Shown in pieces: positions 61,885 through 64,000 of a stretch of DNA of 64,000 bases (the first letter of the stretch is position 1; each line of letters opens with the position of its first letter). Source of the stretch: Massalongia carnosa (lineage: Eukaryota); the NCBI GenBank assembly GCA_965645245.1, contig OZ287084.1:124001-188000 (forward strand), given 5' to 3'. The position numbers and the translations under genes are program-made. The notes beneath the pieces are model-generated. The model was not told where the DNA came from and ran no database searches. It saw only the letters and a list, made by a program, of their open reading frames with translations.

Positions 61885-64000
61885 ATGTCTTCGTACTTAG
61901 ATACCACCAAGCCCGAAAGCCACGTCAACAGTCAGCTAGATAGTCAGCTGGATAGTCAGCTCACCGTCGCCAGAGAATCTTCTCGCTCCGCTTCGACCCC
62001 TATTTCCACTGTCTTGGCTCTACCTTCTCATCTGGTCTCGATGCGTCAGCTTGTCTTTGCATTAGATGCACCAATAACTTGGACTGCGGATAATTATGCT
62101 TCATACTGGCCGTTTATGGGAGGGCGTGTTGGTCACGTGAAGGGGGTAACTCAATAATGTATGTTATTGATCTATGCCCTTAGAATAAGGTGGGCATCGA
62201 CCTCTTTATCCTACAGACGTGTCTCCCCCTAAGACTCCCTTATCGGATAGCCCCCAGCTATCTGATTGGTCCAAATGGCTCCCGGCCCCTTTGGGCGGTT
62301 AGTGCCATCCGACATGGGTTTCCAGCCGTCCCCCTCGCCAGCCGTCCCCCTGAGACGGCATGTGGCCGACAGCGGAATCAGCCCATTAGGGTCGGGCCGG
62401 GTTCGGCGGCCGAGTCCATGCTGATGCCCCTTTTCCGTATCCTTCTCCGTAGTCTCTATGGCAGGTCCTGACATTATCCTCCCCCTAGGGCTCATGTCGC
62501 AGGAGGCTTCGACTCACGTGATATCTTCTTTTCGTTGTTGGTGATATTCTTTGTTGTCGGATGCCCTCGTAATGCCAGTAATTCGAGCATAAGTAGCCAC
62601 TTGGCCTGTCTATCTCCCCTCAGTAGTCCCCAATCCATGACTTACTTTTCATCAGTTCAATCCTGGGTGCATAATCACACGGAGCCTATTACCAAGAAGA
62701 GAACTCAAAAATCATATTGGTTTTGCAGACTTTGGAAGCAAGATGCTGACATTAAAAGTCAAGGTTCAGGACGACGTGCTAAACGAATGCGGTTAACTGA
62801 TGCTTGCTCTATAAAGCTGGCTATGATCAAACAATTTGATGAGATCAATGAATTGTTGACGGTGACTTTGAGTCGTCACGTCAACAAGAAGCTTGACGAC
62901 TCAGTTAATCAGCTGCAACATAATCACATTTTGGAGGTTGTGGACAATATCAAAATCAACTCCGCCATCAGACTGACGGCTGGTAAAGAGGTGGCAAAAG
63001 GATATACCCCGGGAGACGTCAATCGAAACATGCAGGGCGTTAGATGGGAAGGGAATCTTGAAGCTTTGAAACAGGCCGGGGGGTCGAATTTCAACTTTCA
63101 AACCGTATACAATGCTGGAAGAAGCTTTAAAAAGCAGAATCCTGATGCACGAATTCAGGGAGCTAGGGAGTCATGGATTAATCAATTGAATAGCTGTTTT
63201 GATGCATTGCAGGCATTGGGTGAAGATGTTCTAGCTGCAAAGCTTGAAATAACTCGTCTCATTGATAGAGAAAGATCACATGCAATAGCATTTGCAAAAA
63301 GATCTCGGTAATCAGTATTGATGAACAGTACTCATAACACCAATCAGCTAAAATGGAAGTTATTTACATTGATGATTCGTGACGAATGTGGAAGCTGGAT
63401 TCCCGGAGCCCACATGCTGAGTAGTAACGAGGACGGTGACATTATAGGAGAGTTTCTTCGTCAGATTAAGCGATGGTCTAGAGCTTGGAGACTTCGATAC
63501 ATTATCACCGACGATTCTGCAGCTGAACAGCGAGGGGTCAGTCTTGCATTTCGAGGGTTGATCGACGGGGAGATGGAGGTTACTCATCTACTTTGTCGGA
63601 CTCACTCCGAGCGTACCCTGAATCGAAAATTGGTCGGTCCCAATTGCAAAAATGCAAAAAAGCATTTGTATGATGCTCTATATTTCAGAAAAACGGAGCT
63701 CGGATGCGATGATAGTCTCAAAAAGGCATTGGCAGCTGCCCCTGAAGAAAAACGTCAATATATAGATCGAGAATGGGTGCAGACTAAATCCAAATGGGCT
63801 AATTACGCACGTCAGCATTCATGCATTTTACTGTAGTGCATGACGACTAATGCGGTAGAATCCTGGCACGCATCTATTAAAAAGCATGCTGACGGTGAGA
63901 CTATTTCTTGAGCTTCATTCGTCATACTAATTAGTACTGTAGGTAAAGCGCATTTCATGACTTTTTCTCTGATCGGGGCTGCAAGCCATGTGATTCGAAT
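61885..64000 (+). pseudogene. MULE DDE transposase
   Basis: YWFCRL...C...HNH (WRKY/FAR1-like finger), LMNSTHNTN (N at the expected D), IITDDSAAE, LCRTH, TTNAVESWH. Stops at about 63309 and 63834. Confidence 0.9.
62120..62663 (-). mobile_element. Gypsy-like fragment (3' internal sequence, PPT and end-truncated LTR) inside the MULE transposase
   Basis: 62120-62473 nearly matches 52055-52407. PPT AGGGGGAGGATAA at 62486-62474. No TSD. Confidence 0.85.

Larger units (their letters stand above)
61649..64000 (+). mobile_element. Mutator (MULE) DNA transposon (runs off the window)
   Basis: Candidate TIR starting GAGCATTGTACGG at the point where the host gene is cut. A transposase follows. Confidence 0.8.

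Noticed and set aside
1..64000. Starship captain (DUF3435), tRNA genes, telomeric repeats
   Set aside because: None recognisable by eye. HMM and tRNAscan searches are needed to exclude degraded copies.

Overview
Filamentous-ascomycete genomic DNA (short GT-AG introns with CTNAC branch sites; Pezizomycotina-type transposon families). It is a transposon-dense accessory region with no housekeeping genes. From left to right: (1) the 5' half of an apparently intact DIRS/Ngaro tyrosine-recombinase retrotransposon abutting a CMC/EnSpm-like DNA element that has a transposase and a divergent accessory gene; (2) a Copia element with both LTRs and a TSD but no RNase H/PPT; (3) about 20 kb of mostly decayed accessory genes: a transmembrane collagen-like protein, a dynamin, a thaumatin-like fragment, an F-box-like protein, a FunK1 kinase, an AAA ATPase and a chromodomain protein; (4) a nest of Copia elements, including a young GalEa-type element with identical LTRs; (5) a candidate Helitron-like element (A|TC...hairpin-CTAG|T) carrying a gene of unknown family, itself hit by a pogo/Fot1 transposon that contains a Gypsy solo LTR; (6) a GRF zinc-finger gene broken by a Mutator derivative and a solo LTR, a PD-(D/E)xK-like fragment, and a second Mutator element containing a Gypsy fragment without a TSD. 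Several insertion boundaries are supported by TSDs and by restoration of the host reading frame when the insert is removed. No tRNA, rRNA or CRISPR array and no Starship captain (DUF3435) was seen. Family assignments come from motif recognition by eye, not from database searches. Some 1-nt frameshifts could be assembly errors.
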